Shown here: positions 17,553-27,676 of the stretch, in pieces
How the letters are laid out: the number at the start of each line of letters is the position of its first letter
Numbering within the stretch: the stretch's first letter is position 1
IMG/VR virus record: IMGVR_UViG_3300020455_000015
Location: 2,023 to 66,022 of that record
Origin: a virus
Lineage: Duplodnaviria; Caudoviricetes
Strand: one strand, 5' to 3'
DNA: 64,000 nucleotides
Made by a program: the position numbers and the translations under genes
Notes under the pieces: model-generated
Seen by the model: only the letters and a program-made list of their open reading frames with translations
What the model was told of the DNA's origin: nothing
Databases searched by the model: none

Positions 17553-17866
17553 TTTTTAGTTTTCTTCTTCATAGAATTTATAAACTTACGATAGATCGCT
17601 GCTTCTGATGTCTTACCCATTACTCTAGCACGTTGCTCCATCGCAATCGCTGCCTGTATTTTATGTGCGTGTGAACGGCTTGATTTTCTTATTTTTGTTA
17701 CACTCGATCTAGCTGTGGATTCATCTTTAAATCCAAGACCATGAATAGTTCCCTTCGGATCTTCGTCTGTATACAAGTCCGAATGTTTTTTTGATTTTGC
17801 TGGTTGACCTTTCTTTCTAGGAATGCGTGGATTTGATTCTTCTAGAAATTGGCGTAAATTTTTCAT
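17549..17866 (-). CDS. Basic hypothetical protein, candidate internal head protein
   Basis: N-terminus MKNLRQFLEE resembles the T4 capsid-targeting sequence; HSDLYTDEDPKGTIHGLGFKD. Confidence 0.75.
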   Translation of the reverse strand: MKNLRQFLEESNPRIPRKKGQPAKSKKHSDLYTDEDPKGTIHGLGFKDESTARSSVTKIRKSSRSHAHKIQAAIAMEQRARVMGKTSEAAIYRKFINSMKKKTKK

Positions 17867-17868
17867 GA

Positions 17869-18156
17869 CTAACCTCCGTTTCCCCCACCGTTGCCGCCAT
17901 TGCCCGAAGCTCCACCACCATTCCCACCAGAATGCCCGTTAGAACCATTACCGTTGCCAGAATGAGAACCATTAGTTCCATTCCCGTTAGATCCATTAGA
18001 TCCGTTACCATTTTTCGTTTCCTCCCTACTTCTACCTAACATCCCATAAGGATAGTATGGATATCTTTTAGTTGGGACGCAACTCTTAAGTTTTGTATCG
18101 AATCTATATCCTTTTGGGCACTTTGTCGATTCAAGAAACTCTTGAAAATTTTTCAT
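17869..18156 (-). CDS. Gly/Asn-rich hypothetical protein, candidate internal head protein
   Basis: MKNFQEFLES, CPKGY...CVP, NG-repeat tail. Confidence 0.75.
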   Translation of the reverse strand: MKNFQEFLESTKCPKGYRFDTKLKSCVPTKRYPYYPYGMLGRSREETKNGNGSNGSNGNGTNGSHSGNGNGSNGHSGGNGGGASGNGGNGGGNGG

Positions 18157-18311
18157 TCGTTAACGATCATGTGATACCATTCTTCACTCATTCCACCGAT
18201 AATAGAATCTGCATCTCCTTTATTTGATGCATATCCCTCACTAACTAAATGGTTTATTATCTTTTCGTATGCCTTTGTAGCCTCTTTTAATTGGCGTGGT
18301 GATGGTTTCAT
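18153..18311 (-). CDS. Small hypothetical protein (52 aa); not in the ORF track
   Basis: MKPSPRQLKEATKAYEKIINHLVSEGYASNKGDADSIIGGMSEEWYHMIVNE; ATGA overlap; CTAAATA late promoter at 18330-18336. Confidence 0.75.
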   Translation of the reverse strand: MKPSPRQLKEATKAYEKIINHLVSEGYASNKGDADSIIGGMSEEWYHMIVNE

Positions 18312-18336
18312 TGGAGTTATATTTTTAGTTATTTAG

Positions 18337-18534
18337 TTATTCGGAAACAACACTACACCCTTTCCATCCACCATTTTTACCATCATTGTTTGTGGTTAGA
18401 TAGGTTGGGTTTTTTGTATATTGTTTTCTTTTACTAAAATCATCACTCCACCTAGCAAAACCTTTTGCAGCACCGATGTAATATACATCTACACTACTAT
18501 TCGTCGCACTTGGTTTTTTTATGTGATAAGGCAT
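18337..18534 (-). CDS. Hypothetical protein
   Basis: 65-aa ORF in late operon orientation. Confidence 0.7.
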   Translation of the reverse strand: MPYHIKKPSATNSSVDVYYIGAAKGFARWSDDFSKRKQYTKNPTYLTTNNDGKNGGWKGCSVVSE

Positions 18535-18649
18535 CTTTCTTGAGTTGTTTTTTTATCTGTTTTGCATAATAAACTTCTTGTTTAGAATACAATTTAGGAT
18601 TTTTTTTGGCTCGTTTTAGGATTAGTTTCGCTGCTTTTTTGTCTTTCAT
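18497..18649 (-). CDS. Small basic hypothetical protein
   Basis: MKDKKAAKLILKRAKKNP; TATAAATA at 18655-18662 just upstream. Confidence 0.7.
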   Translation of the reverse strand: MKDKKAAKLILKRAKKNPKLYSKQEVYYAKQIKKQLKKDALSHKKTKCDE

Positions 18650-18669
18650 ATAGGTATTTATATAGAGAT

Positions 18670-18697
18670 AAAAAAAGAGAGGATTGCTCCTCTCTCC
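18670..18697 (-). terminator. Rho-independent terminator
   Basis: GAGAGGA-GCAA-TCCTCTC-TTTTTT. Confidence 0.85.
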
Positions 18698-18719
18698 ATT
18701 CATGAAAGACTTTGATAAC

Positions 18720-18866
18720 TTAAGTAAGAACCTCCCTACAAATACGTTTACATACGTGTTGGTCGTCTAGACAGTCAATTAAACACTCGTAGTATTCTGT
18801 GAGTTTGTTGTCTTGTTCATCATCGTATGAACCTGCTAGTTGATTATATGATACTAGGTTGTGCAT
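18720..18866 (-). CDS. Small Cys-rich protein (48 aa)
   Basis: MHNLVSYNQLAG...EYYECLIDCLDDQHVCKRICREVLT; strong SD AGGAGG upstream of 18866. Confidence 0.8.
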   Translation of the reverse strand: MHNLVSYNQLAGSYDDEQDNKLTEYYECLIDCLDDQHVCKRICREVLT

Positions 18867-19019
18867 TAATTGCCTCCTAAATTCTTTGATTTTTGCACCA
18901 TAACCAAGCAAGGTTTGGTTACATATTGGTTCTCCAATTCTACCATTATTTATTATATGGTGTTGATATCCTAAAGATTTTGTTAACAAAAAGAAATGCC
19001 TACGAATTTATACTTAGTC

Positions 19020-19050
19020 AAAAAAAAGACCCCCTCGAAAGGGAGTCTTT
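19020..19050 (-). terminator. Rho-independent terminator after g23
   Basis: AGACTCCCT-TTCG-AGGGGGTCT followed by a T-tract; UUCG loop. Confidence 0.9.
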
Positions 19051-19069
19051 GAAAGATATGTAATATGAA

Positions 19070-20497
19070 TTACATGAGGTTCTGAACCTTAACACGTCTG
19101 TAGTAACGGTTAGCGTTAACTGCAAGACGACCAAGACCCTGAGTTGTACCTTCTGCGAATGGGTTTGCGACCATGCCGTAGCGAGTCTTAAATCCAATTT
19201 TTGGTTGGAAGGTGTCCTGACCAACCGCACGAACCATCTGTAGAGGAACGTATGGGCAGTAGAATAATCCAGCGTCGTAAGGTGATGTACCTTTGTATCC
19301 AACAACGTAGTACTGATCAGCAGCTAAGTTTGCAGCGAATGGGTCGATGTAAACTCTGTACTTACCTTGAAGAACACCAGCAAATGTGTTGCCTGTGTCA
19401 TCTACGTTAAGGTTTGCATTAAGTGCAGGGGTGTAATCTAGAACACCTGCCATTGTGAGTGCAGAAGCAACGTCAGCAGAGCAGAGGATCATGTTACCCT
19501 TTCCGCGACGAGTTCTTTGTGCGATAGCGTTAGCGTCGCGCTCGATTTGGAAGATAAGTCCTTTGAACTTCTCAACAGACCACCTACCGTTACTGTCTGT
19601 GTCTAGGTCAAACGCACCAGCAGTTGCTGTGTTTGTTTGTGCACCAGATTCAGCAACCTTATAGATTGTTCTGATAACTTCTCTATTGATCTCAGCAAGG
19701 ATCTCAGTAGAAAGAATGTTGGCAAGTTCTGCTTCAGCATTAAGACCATGAATTGCTTTCAAGTCTTGAGCAAGTTCTAGACTGTACTCAGCTTTGAGTG
19801 CTCTGGTCTTCGCTGTAACGGTGACTTTCTCGATTGAGAATGCCATCTCGTTGAAAGCATTTCCAGTTGTACCGAGTGCTTCAGAGTCCTCAGTATCCAT
19901 ACCACGTCCAGTAACGTAGGTATTGTGTTGCTGACCACTTTCTGGGTTAAGTGCAGCAGGGTTAGTTTGCTGAGTACCACCTGTAGTACCGAAACCAACT
20001 GCTCCACCTGTATTTGCACCCTCATTCTGAGTGTATCCAGCAGAAACGTCGTTTCCTCCGTCTGGATGCTGTGCAGAGAATGCTGTATCTGCTTCATCGA
20101 ATAGTGCTTCTGTTCCACTCTGTGAAGTGAAGCGACTTCTCATTGCGAAGATAAGTCCTGTTGGGCCGTTCATTGGTTGAACACCTGCTAGGTCATAAGC
20201 GACCAAGTTAGGCATTGAACGACGGATAAGACTTATAAGTACTGGGTCGAAACCAGCAACAGGGCCTGCTGCAGTTGCGCCAGCAGAGAAACCAGCAGTA
20301 GCACCTGAAGATCCAGTTGCGTTTGTTGGTTGCTCAGTTAAGAATTCGCGCTCTTCGCGCATTGTTTGTTCTTGGTTCTCCAAGAGAACGGCGGTTACCA
20401 TTCTACGATGAGGATCTTTAATTTGATCTAAACCTTCGTAGTCTAGTAGTGGTGCCCACTTCTCCTGCAGAGCTTCCTGATTAATAGGGGCTTGCAT
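19070..20497 (-). CDS. g23: Major capsid protein gp23
   Basis: EKWAPLLD, GVQPMNGPTGLIFAMRSR, ELAQDLKAIHGLNAEAELANILSTEI, FQPKIGFKTRYG. Confidence 0.99.
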   Translation of the reverse strand: MQAPINQEALQEKWAPLLDYEGLDQIKDPHRRMVTAVLLENQEQTMREEREFLTEQPTNATGSSGATAGFSAGATAAGPVAGFDPVLISLIRRSMPNLVAYDLAGVQPMNGPTGLIFAMRSRFTSQSGTEALFDEADTAFSAQHPDGGNDVSAGYTQNEGANTGGAVGFGTTGGTQQTNPAALNPESGQQHNTYVTGRGMDTEDSEALGTTGNAFNEMAFSIEKVTVTAKTRALKAEYSLELAQDLKAIHGLNAEAELANILSTEILAEINREVIRTIYKVAESGAQTNTATAGAFDLDTDSNGRWSVEKFKGLIFQIERDANAIAQRTRRGKGNMILCSADVASALTMAGVLDYTPALNANLNVDDTGNTFAGVLQGKYRVYIDPFAANLAADQYYVVGYKGTSPYDAGLFYCPYVPLQMVRAVGQDTFQPKIGFKTRYGMVANPFAEGTTQGLGRLAVNANRYYRRVKVQNLM

Positions 20498-20537
20498 TTA
20501 AGTTTTACCTCGTAAGTTTGAATTTATGATATAAAAA

Positions 20538-21686
20538 TCACTTTTTAGAGACACGATTCAGAGTCTGAAGATATGCAGACATTGTGTTTGATATTTCCGC
20601 TATATTTTCGGGAGTTTCTGTGCCTTCAGATAAATTTTCTGACTTGTCTCTTTGAGATCCAGCATTACTTGGGAAATAAGATTCCTTAAGTGTTACTAGT
20701 TTCTCCCGATAGTCTGACTCACTTTCAAACTCAACATTTTCCACGAGGGTTGCAAGTTTCTCCTTTTGTGATGATGCAAGTCCTTCGGCAACTTCGCCAA
20801 AGACAACATCAGAAGTGGACTCGGCTAATCTCCTGTTAAGAGCAATATTCTTTTCGATTTGCTCGTTGAGTTTACCTTCCATTTCATCAAGTTTATCTAC
20901 CATGCTCTCGATGACATCATATTTTTCTTCAGGTACGGATACATAATGTTCTTCAAAAAGATTCTTCATTCCTTCTAGGAATGATTCTGTCATTTCAGTC
21001 TTAAGACCAGCTTCGACTGCAATTTGATTTTCTTGCAACCATTCGTCAGCGACATACTCAAGGTATGCGTCAACTCTTTCTTCTAGCTCAGACTTGATAG
21101 CAGCAACTTCTTCAACGAGTTGCTCTTCGTATTCAGTTTTAACGGCTTCTCTGACATCAGCAAGTTTTGATTTAATTGCTGCTTCAAAGATTGTTTTTGC
21201 CTTTTCCTGAAACTCTTCAGAAAGTTCTTCGCCTTCAAGAAGTGCTTGTACATCTGCTTCGATGTCAATTTGCTCTTCTTCTATAACTTCCTCTTCAGTT
21301 GCTTCCTCTTCGGCAACAACTTCTTGAGTTTCATCGACTTCTGCAGTTTCTTCTTCAGAAACTACATCATCTGCGGAGACTTCAGGATCTTCAGCGACTA
21401 CATCGCCTTCGACATTCTCCTCTTCTTTCATACCCGTTGGCATTGGATCTGCAGGCTTAGCACCTTTAGTCACAATATCCTTTACCTGTTTTAAGGTTGT
21501 GCCGGGTGTTTTCAACTTATTCGAGTCATCATCAGGACGTGAATTTTCAGGAGTAGGCCCTCCTAAATCTTCAACAGACCCTTGACCCGGTGTTGAAATG
21601 GACAATCCCTTTTGCTGTGGATCAGCAGGTTTTGCCCCTTTGGTTACTACGTTTTCCATTTCTTGTAAATTTGTACCAACGGACAT
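20538..21686 (-). CDS. g22: Prohead core scaffold protein gp22
   Basis: Acidic coiled coil, LSEEFQEKAKTIFEAA, YLEYVADEW; lies between g21 and g23. Confidence 0.95.
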   Translation of the reverse strand: MSVGTNLQEMENVVTKGAKPADPQQKGLSISTPGQGSVEDLGGPTPENSRPDDDSNKLKTPGTTLKQVKDIVTKGAKPADPMPTGMKEEENVEGDVVAEDPEVSADDVVSEEETAEVDETQEVVAEEEATEEEVIEEEQIDIEADVQALLEGEELSEEFQEKAKTIFEAAIKSKLADVREAVKTEYEEQLVEEVAAIKSELEERVDAYLEYVADEWLQENQIAVEAGLKTEMTESFLEGMKNLFEEHYVSVPEEKYDVIESMVDKLDEMEGKLNEQIEKNIALNRRLAESTSDVVFGEVAEGLASSQKEKLATLVENVEFESESDYREKLVTLKESYFPSNAGSQRDKSENLSEGTETPENIAEISNTMSAYLQTLNRVSKK

Positions 21687-21712
21687 GTATTAGATCTTAA
21701 TAAATCTATATT

Positions 21713-21720
21713 TATTTATA
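21713..21720 (-). promoter_or_regulatory. T4-type late promoter TATAAATA (representative copy)
   Basis: Exact TATAAATA also at 18655, 22875, 38796, 47959 and 63280; ATAAATA at 16560, 18947, 24588 and 27408; most directly upstream of late genes. Confidence 0.85.
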
Positions 21721-21724
21721 GAAC

Positions 21725-22378
21725 TTAAAGATTTGATAAAAAATCATTGAAAAGACTTAATTTATGCTCTTCAAGGCTTTTTTGATCAACGAGTGTATTA
21801 ATTCTCTTTTGAGTTCTTTCTGCAAGTTGTTCACGGAGAATTCCTCCATCCCAAATCCATTCCTTTCCTTCCATAATTCCAGAAACAAATGCATCAGGTG
21901 CTGATGGATCAGCAACAATGTCAGCAGCAGTTGCTAACATAAAATCTTCACCTACGACTTTACATCCAGATGCATGATCTTCTTTTAAAGAACCAACTCC
22001 ACGAGACGAGACTCCGAGGGTAACACCTTCAGATATGAGAGATTTTGCAATCTTACCCATTGGTGTTTCTAAGAGTTGTGCCTTACCAATAAAGTTATTA
22101 CCTTCTCGACGAAGTGATGTAATTTTATGAGATACTCGATCTAGGTTTACAGTTGGGCCTTCGGGATGTCCAAGTTCACCAAGTGCTCTACCTTTCTGAA
22201 CAAATGCCTCATTGTATCTACCAACCTCTTTTGAAAGAGTATTAATAGGATACATTCTGCCATTACGATTTTTTAGGTCGCCTTGCAAGAAGACACCTTC
22301 AATGTACATCTTCTTTTTAGCACCTTTTCCCTCAGTTATAAATTTAACTTTAGAGACTTCTTCTGTGATTAGTTTCAT
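21725..22378 (-). CDS. g21: Prohead core protease gp21
   Basis: NRNGRMYP, GELGHP, GVSSRGVGSL, DIVADPSAPDA. Confidence 0.98.
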   Translation of the reverse strand: MKLITEEVSKVKFITEGKGAKKKMYIEGVFLQGDLKNRNGRMYPINTLSKEVGRYNEAFVQKGRALGELGHPEGPTVNLDRVSHKITSLRREGNNFIGKAQLLETPMGKIAKSLISEGVTLGVSSRGVGSLKEDHASGCKVVGEDFMLATAADIVADPSAPDAFVSGIMEGKEWIWDGGILREQLAERTQKRINTLVDQKSLEEHKLSLFNDFLSNL

Positions 22379-22382
22379 AGTC

Positions 22383-22661
22383 CTAATTTGTAAATCCTAC
22401 TTTTGCACCTTTTATATCAGTTCCAGAACCAACAAAAACAACATCTGTTGGATTCTTTTCTAAGATTTCGGTTTGACCTGCTAATAATGAAAAGGTTCCT
22501 ATAGTAGCAGAACCACTGTTATTTTCAGCAACAGTAATAGTTCTACCAGTGCTGCTGCTACTGTTTACTAAACGAACGCAAGTTGCGTTGCTAAAACTAG
22601 TAGCAGCACCAACTGTATTTGGTACAGTAATCTGTGTTCCTTTAATTAATAACCTAGACAT
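22383..22661 (-). CDS. Hypothetical virion protein
   Basis: 92-aa beta-rich ORF in the head operon. Confidence 0.75.
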   Translation of the reverse strand: MSRLLIKGTQITVPNTVGAATSFSNATCVRLVNSSSSTGRTITVAENNSGSATIGTFSLLAGQTEILEKNPTDVVFVGSGTDIKGAKVGFTN

Positions 22662-22852
22662 TATTCTTCCTCTTGTGGTTCAGTATCTACCTCAATTTCA
22701 TCCTCAATTTCATTATCAAACATAGATGCAGAAGCAGTTGGTCTAAGACCCTCTACTTTCTCTGCAGCCTTTTGATATATTGCATCTTTTAGACTATCAG
22801 CAATCTCCGCAGGAGATGCATCAGTCGCAATCGCATCAATAATGTCGTCCAT
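22661..22852 (-). CDS. Small acidic protein, probable prohead core component
   Basis: Position between g20 and g21 (T4 g67/g68 slot); preceded by TATAAATA. Confidence 0.7.
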   Translation of the reverse strand: MDDIIDAIATDASPAEIADSLKDAIYQKAAEKVEGLRPTASASMFDNEIEDEIEVDTEPQEEE

Positions 22853-22877
22853 ATTTTATGATAGGTATATATTTTAT

Positions 22878-24557
22878 TTATATCTCTGCCTTTTTGGTAT
22901 CATTTCCAAATTGAGCATCAGTTACTGCACCTTGTGATTCTAGATCATCTTCAACAGGAATATCACCTAAATCTCCACCACCACCTTCAAGTGGCTCACC
23001 TGTAATTGGATCTACTGAGTTTGGATCTGGAAGAATACCATCCTTAATTTCTTGTTGAATTTGTGCATCAATTTCTTCAATCTCAACATCAGTTTGACGA
23101 AGAACTTTCTTACGAAGATATTCAGTTGAATAGTACTTACCAAGATATGGTTCTACAGTTGCTGCAAGACCTAATCTCTCATTCATCATTTCAGATTCTT
23201 TAAGTTCTGCAAACTGATTATCATATAAGAAATCATACTGAATATGATCACTTAATGTATCCCAATCTTCTGGAGTGATGATATTTTTAAGAATTAATTG
23301 TGTTCTTAACATGTCATTGAACATGTTACCAAATCTCTTACGTAGTCTTCCTACAAATTTAGAGAACTTAAGTTCATCTCTTAATATCTCAGAAGATCTT
23401 CCTAAATTGAATCCACCTTCAGATGCGATTCTTGATTCTGGAACTCCTAATGCACGATATAATTTTTTCTGGAAATATTCTATATCAGATAGTTCGCCTA
23501 GATTTTGGCCACCGGGAAGTGTTGAGATTTCAGTTCCACGACCACCCTCTCTTCTAGGTAACCAGAAATCTTCCATCATTGACATAAACTTACGATCATC
23601 ACGAACTTCACCAGTTTGTGCATTGTAAGTTAGTTTATTTCTATAGCGAGACATTACCTCTTTTAGGTATTGTTCTGCTTTTACTTTTGGTAGATTACCA
23701 ACATCAATATAGAATATTCTTCTTTCTGGTGCTCTTGATAATCTGTAGATAACAAGAGAATCCTCAATCATTCTAAGTTGATTAAGTGCCTTGATAGCCT
23801 TATGAAGATATGATAAACAAGTTCCTTTATTGCGATCAAACAATCCAGATGTTACATATGTGATTGAATCCTTTGCAATTTTAATTGACTTTGACTTACC
23901 AGTTGCCTGTGGGGAATATACACCCATAGGATAATTTGGTTTTGGAGTATAGATGTAATACTCTTCAACTTCTGGATATGCTTCTTTGGTTATATCTCTA
24001 AGATTATTAACATCAATTAAACCATTTCCTCTCTGATTTTTCTTCTTCTTTTCTTGTCTGACATATTTCATCTTCATCGGATCAATATATCTCAGTTCTT
24101 GTATTCCATCTTGAGGTCTTTTTACATCGATGACCTTCATGTAGAACAATCTTCCGTCAATATACCAATTCCTAAAAATTTCGTGAGACTTCTTATCGAA
24201 GTCCATAATTTCTTTAAGGTGCCTAAACTCATTACGAATTTTATCTTTTAAACCGTCACTTGCATTTACATTTGACAATTCTATTTCAATCGGTGAATCG
24301 TATAGATCACTTACAATAGCCTCATTAACGACATCTTCAATAGCATTATCCGCTTCAGGATGTAGTGCCATCTCACGATATCTTTTAATAAGATCATATT
24401 CTGTTTTATATACTCCTTCTATATCAACATACTGTCCATAGAAACCAGACTGTATAAAATAGTCAACCCCGTCCTCATTATTTTGAGGAACGGGTGCAAC
24501 TACTGAGTCAGCTTTCTTATCTGAGTCGTCAATGGAGAAACCAAAAAGTTTAGGCAT
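22878..24557 (-). CDS. g20: Portal vertex protein gp20
   Basis: YRLSRAPERRIFYIDVGNLPK, EDFWLPRREGGRGTEI. Confidence 0.99.
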   Translation of the reverse strand: MPKLFGFSIDDSDKKADSVVAPVPQNNEDGVDYFIQSGFYGQYVDIEGVYKTEYDLIKRYREMALHPEADNAIEDVVNEAIVSDLYDSPIEIELSNVNASDGLKDKIRNEFRHLKEIMDFDKKSHEIFRNWYIDGRLFYMKVIDVKRPQDGIQELRYIDPMKMKYVRQEKKKKNQRGNGLIDVNNLRDITKEAYPEVEEYYIYTPKPNYPMGVYSPQATGKSKSIKIAKDSITYVTSGLFDRNKGTCLSYLHKAIKALNQLRMIEDSLVIYRLSRAPERRIFYIDVGNLPKVKAEQYLKEVMSRYRNKLTYNAQTGEVRDDRKFMSMMEDFWLPRREGGRGTEISTLPGGQNLGELSDIEYFQKKLYRALGVPESRIASEGGFNLGRSSEILRDELKFSKFVGRLRKRFGNMFNDMLRTQLILKNIITPEDWDTLSDHIQYDFLYDNQFAELKESEMMNERLGLAATVEPYLGKYYSTEYLRKKVLRQTDVEIEEIDAQIQQEIKDGILPDPNSVDPITGEPLEGGGGDLGDIPVEDDLESQGAVTDAQFGNDTKKAEI

Positions 24558-24610
24558 TGTATAACGTCTTTATATTCTATTATACACTATTTATCAAAAA
24601 AATCAATAGT

Positions 24611-25198
24611 TTAATTGATTGCCTCACCGCCAGCGTTAGCTCCGATGCCCTTGAGTGCTTCCCACCACTGAACTTGGAATTCAACGGTAAACTCTTCTAC
24701 ACTGTCCACAGTTTCATAACTGAGGTCAACTGCACTGATATTTGTTGGGAACACATCATGGAACTTATAGGTTCTAAGTGTGGATCCGTCACGGTCTAAT
24801 TGATGAACATAAGCATCAGGTTGATACGCTGCTGGATCTTGCGCTCCAGTTGCATCTTCCATTTTGTTTATAAAGTTCATCCATTTTTCTACTGCGGAAC
24901 GGATAGAGAAGTCAACGTCATTAATTACGGTGACTGTCCATGTATCGAAGGTTCTATCACCAGCAATCTTTAGAATCCTACCCCTGAAGTTAACTTCAAT
25001 GGGTGTGATGTTAGATGCTGGTAACTGAGCAGCTTTAACCAAGAACCTTGATTTTTCTTTAACGTCATTCTCAATCGCGATTGGATCAGGGAAGACGAGT
25101 TCCACCTCAAATAGATTCGGTCTTGCACCGCCACCGGCCATCTTGCTCTTGAAGTCGGTGATCGTTCTAAGTGGTGGTCTGTTAAATTGGGTTGCCAT
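24611..25198 (-). CDS. g19: Tail tube protein gp19
   Basis: GGARPNLFEV, FRGRILKIAGDRTFDTW. Confidence 0.97.
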   Translation of the reverse strand: MATQFNRPPLRTITDFKSKMAGGGARPNLFEVELVFPDPIAIENDVKEKSRFLVKAAQLPASNITPIEVNFRGRILKIAGDRTFDTWTVTVINDVDFSIRSAVEKWMNFINKMEDATGAQDPAAYQPDAYVHQLDRDGSTLRTYKFHDVFPTNISAVDLSYETVDSVEEFTVEFQVQWWEALKGIGANAGGEAIN

Positions 25199-25216
25199 TT
25201 TTCTTTAGTCCTTTAA

Positions 25217-27370
25217 TTAAACAGTTCCAATAACTTCATCGAACGAGATGCCAGTTCTTGTGGCAACGAAGGTAAGACCAATAAAGTTAATTGACCTTGC
25301 AGGTTTAATGAAGATGTCTGCGACAAACTCATTACTATCTATGATGGCAGCAGTGTTATTTGTTTCATCACAAACAACTCTGAAGTCAAAGATACCTCGT
25401 TTGGACTGAACATCACGAAGGAATGGTTCAACAATATTCACAAAGTTAGTTCTTGTGATTTCGTCATTGAACTCAAAGAGTTGATCTTTAGCAGCTGCTG
25501 AGATTGCTTCTTCAATGAAGATGAACAATCTGCGAACGTTGATACGATCAAATGCAGATGCTTTTCCAAATCCAGTCTTATCACCGAATAGAACTATGCC
25601 AGCTCCGGGTGAGAAGATTACAGGGTTGATTCTATTTCCGTAGAGAACATCTCTCTGTGCTTGGTTTGGTGTATACGCAAGTTTAACTGCATTGAGGATT
25701 GCACCTCTTGCTGTTCCTGCTGGTGAGAACCAAGGGAAATTGTTGATATCATTTCTTGCACATGTTCCAGCAATGTCACCATTTAATGGTACATATCTGA
25801 ATGTGTCAGAGAATCTATCGAACATATACTTGTATCCACTATCGAATACTGCATATGTGGATGATGTAATTGGAGCATAGAATCCAACCACATTATCTGT
25901 GATGTCAGCAGCAGAATTAACTGATCCTGTTCCAACAGCAGAGTCATTTAGGAATGATCCTCTGTTTGGTGAGATGAATGCTACTACATCTTTTCTTATC
26001 TCAGCGATTGAAATAAGTTTATTTGCAATTGCTTGTGCTTCATGCTGTGGGTAGTTTGCAGAACCCATGAGTAAGAAGTCAATATCAAATTGATCCTTAT
26101 CCTCAAACAAGTCGTAACCAGCAGTGATGCCACCTACACTTGCATTCATCGCACCAGCAGTTTGAATACCAGTTTGACCGTTGTAGTTCTTACCACCTTG
26201 AAGTGTTAGAGTTTGTACTCCACCACCAGCATATGTTATACCTTGTGCTTCTTGATCCCAACCATTGTCGGTTTCTTTCGTAAACCCACCAAATTCAAAT
26301 GATGCAGTTGTGATACCAGCAGGGCCACCCATTCCAAAGATATTATCTGAATTGTTGTACAGATACTTTCTCCAGTATGATGGTGATCCAGCAGAGAACT
26401 CAGCATCTTTCGCTTTTGAAAGTGATAAGTGCTTCTCAAGGATTGTTCCTGCATTTCCTGTGACAGATCCTTTATCGTCTATAACAACGACATGAACCTC
26501 GTCAAATCTTGAACTTCTTGCTCCAGCAAATGCAGAAGTTCCAGGCCTTTCAGCAACATTGTTCCAACTAATAGTTGAGTTACTTAGGTTAATCTTCTGT
26601 TGATCAAACCAATCTATAGGTGTAGTTGCAGTTGTAGTTGAACCACCACCAGTATTAGCAGCCATTCCGTAACTAATAACTCCACCAGTGAATTGATAAA
26701 CACCGTTTGGTTGATAATCCTTAGATGTTTCAATACCAGCAGCAGATACATGTGCTACGAATTTGACACCAACAGTTGTTGTATTTACTTCCGTGATGAT
26801 ACCTTTAAAGTATCCATCAAGTAGTGATGTTGATCCTGCACCGGGCAGAACTGTTCCTGAAGGAACTGCTTGAGTAACACCAACTCCAACTGTGAGTGTG
26901 CTTATACCAGCTGTAAATTGCTGATCAGCTTTACCATCAATGATGGCAACTTTTAGATCATTTGCCCATGATCCGGGGTTTCTTGCAGCAACGACTGTGT
27001 TGCTGAGTGCATTGAGATCATAACCCTTATTGTTATAATCCTCCGTGCTTAATATTTTTATCTCAGGTGATCCGTCGTCAGTTGCATTTTTGAGATCATC
27101 ATCGTCTGATCTTACAACACTTAAGATACCTCCATATGAAAGATATGAAGAGGCAGTTAACCAGTACTCATAATGTTTGTCGATGTCAAGTGGTTCACCG
27201 AAGTTATCAATTAAGTCTTGTTCGTTCTCAATTGTAGTTGGCTCATTGATAGGCCCTTTTTGAAAAGGTGCAACAAGACCAGCGGCCTTTGTAGTTGCTG
27301 TATCAACTCTACCAATCGTAAGGTCAACTTCTCTTACAACGAGTCCCGGAGATGCTAAATTTAGAGGCAT
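25217..27370 (-). CDS. g18: Tail sheath protein gp18
   Basis: SPGLVVREVDLT, WFSPAG, FDRINVRRLF, KPARSINFI. Confidence 0.98.
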   Translation of the reverse strand: MPLNLASPGLVVREVDLTIGRVDTATTKAAGLVAPFQKGPINEPTTIENEQDLIDNFGEPLDIDKHYEYWLTASSYLSYGGILSVVRSDDDDLKNATDDGSPEIKILSTEDYNNKGYDLNALSNTVVAARNPGSWANDLKVAIIDGKADQQFTAGISTLTVGVGVTQAVPSGTVLPGAGSTSLLDGYFKGIITEVNTTTVGVKFVAHVSAAGIETSKDYQPNGVYQFTGGVISYGMAANTGGGSTTTATTPIDWFDQQKINLSNSTISWNNVAERPGTSAFAGARSSRFDEVHVVVIDDKGSVTGNAGTILEKHLSLSKAKDAEFSAGSPSYWRKYLYNNSDNIFGMGGPAGITTASFEFGGFTKETDNGWDQEAQGITYAGGGVQTLTLQGGKNYNGQTGIQTAGAMNASVGGITAGYDLFEDKDQFDIDFLLMGSANYPQHEAQAIANKLISIAEIRKDVVAFISPNRGSFLNDSAVGTGSVNSAADITDNVVGFYAPITSSTYAVFDSGYKYMFDRFSDTFRYVPLNGDIAGTCARNDINNFPWFSPAGTARGAILNAVKLAYTPNQAQRDVLYGNRINPVIFSPGAGIVLFGDKTGFGKASAFDRINVRRLFIFIEEAISAAAKDQLFEFNDEITRTNFVNIVEPFLRDVQSKRGIFDFRVVCDETNNTAAIIDSNEFVADIFIKPARSINFIGLTFVATRTGISFDEVIGTV

Positions 27371-27451
27371 CTTGTTTTCTCCGTAATGTCCAGAATTAAT
27401 CTGAAATTATTTATTAAAACCTATGTTTTTACTGGGGAAACTATGCATGAA

Positions 27452-27676
27452 CTACCAGTCTGGATAGGCCCAATTATTTGATTTACCCTTATTTTTCTTC
27501 ACACGTTCAATAGTACATGTCTTACATTCGTATGAATATGCAGATACCATAGTTCTATTTTTTCTTGTTAAATAGTAGTCATCTGTTAAATTTTTTATTT
27601 TTCCACACGATCTACACTTTCTTTCTGTAAATAATAATTCACCAAGATCTAATTGATCATCTATGTCTAAATCCAT
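27452..27676 (-). CDS. Small zinc-ribbon protein
   Basis: CRSC...YECKTC; start MDLDI at 27676 adjoins the upstream stop. Confidence 0.75.
   Translation of the reverse strand: MDLDIDDQLDLGELLFTERKCRSCGKIKNLTDDYYLTRKNRTMVSAYSYECKTCTIERVKKNKGKSNNWAYPDW

Noticed and set aside
17875-18015. NGN/NGS low-complexity repeat
   Set aside because: Explained by the Gly/Asn-rich tail of the 95-aa ORF.
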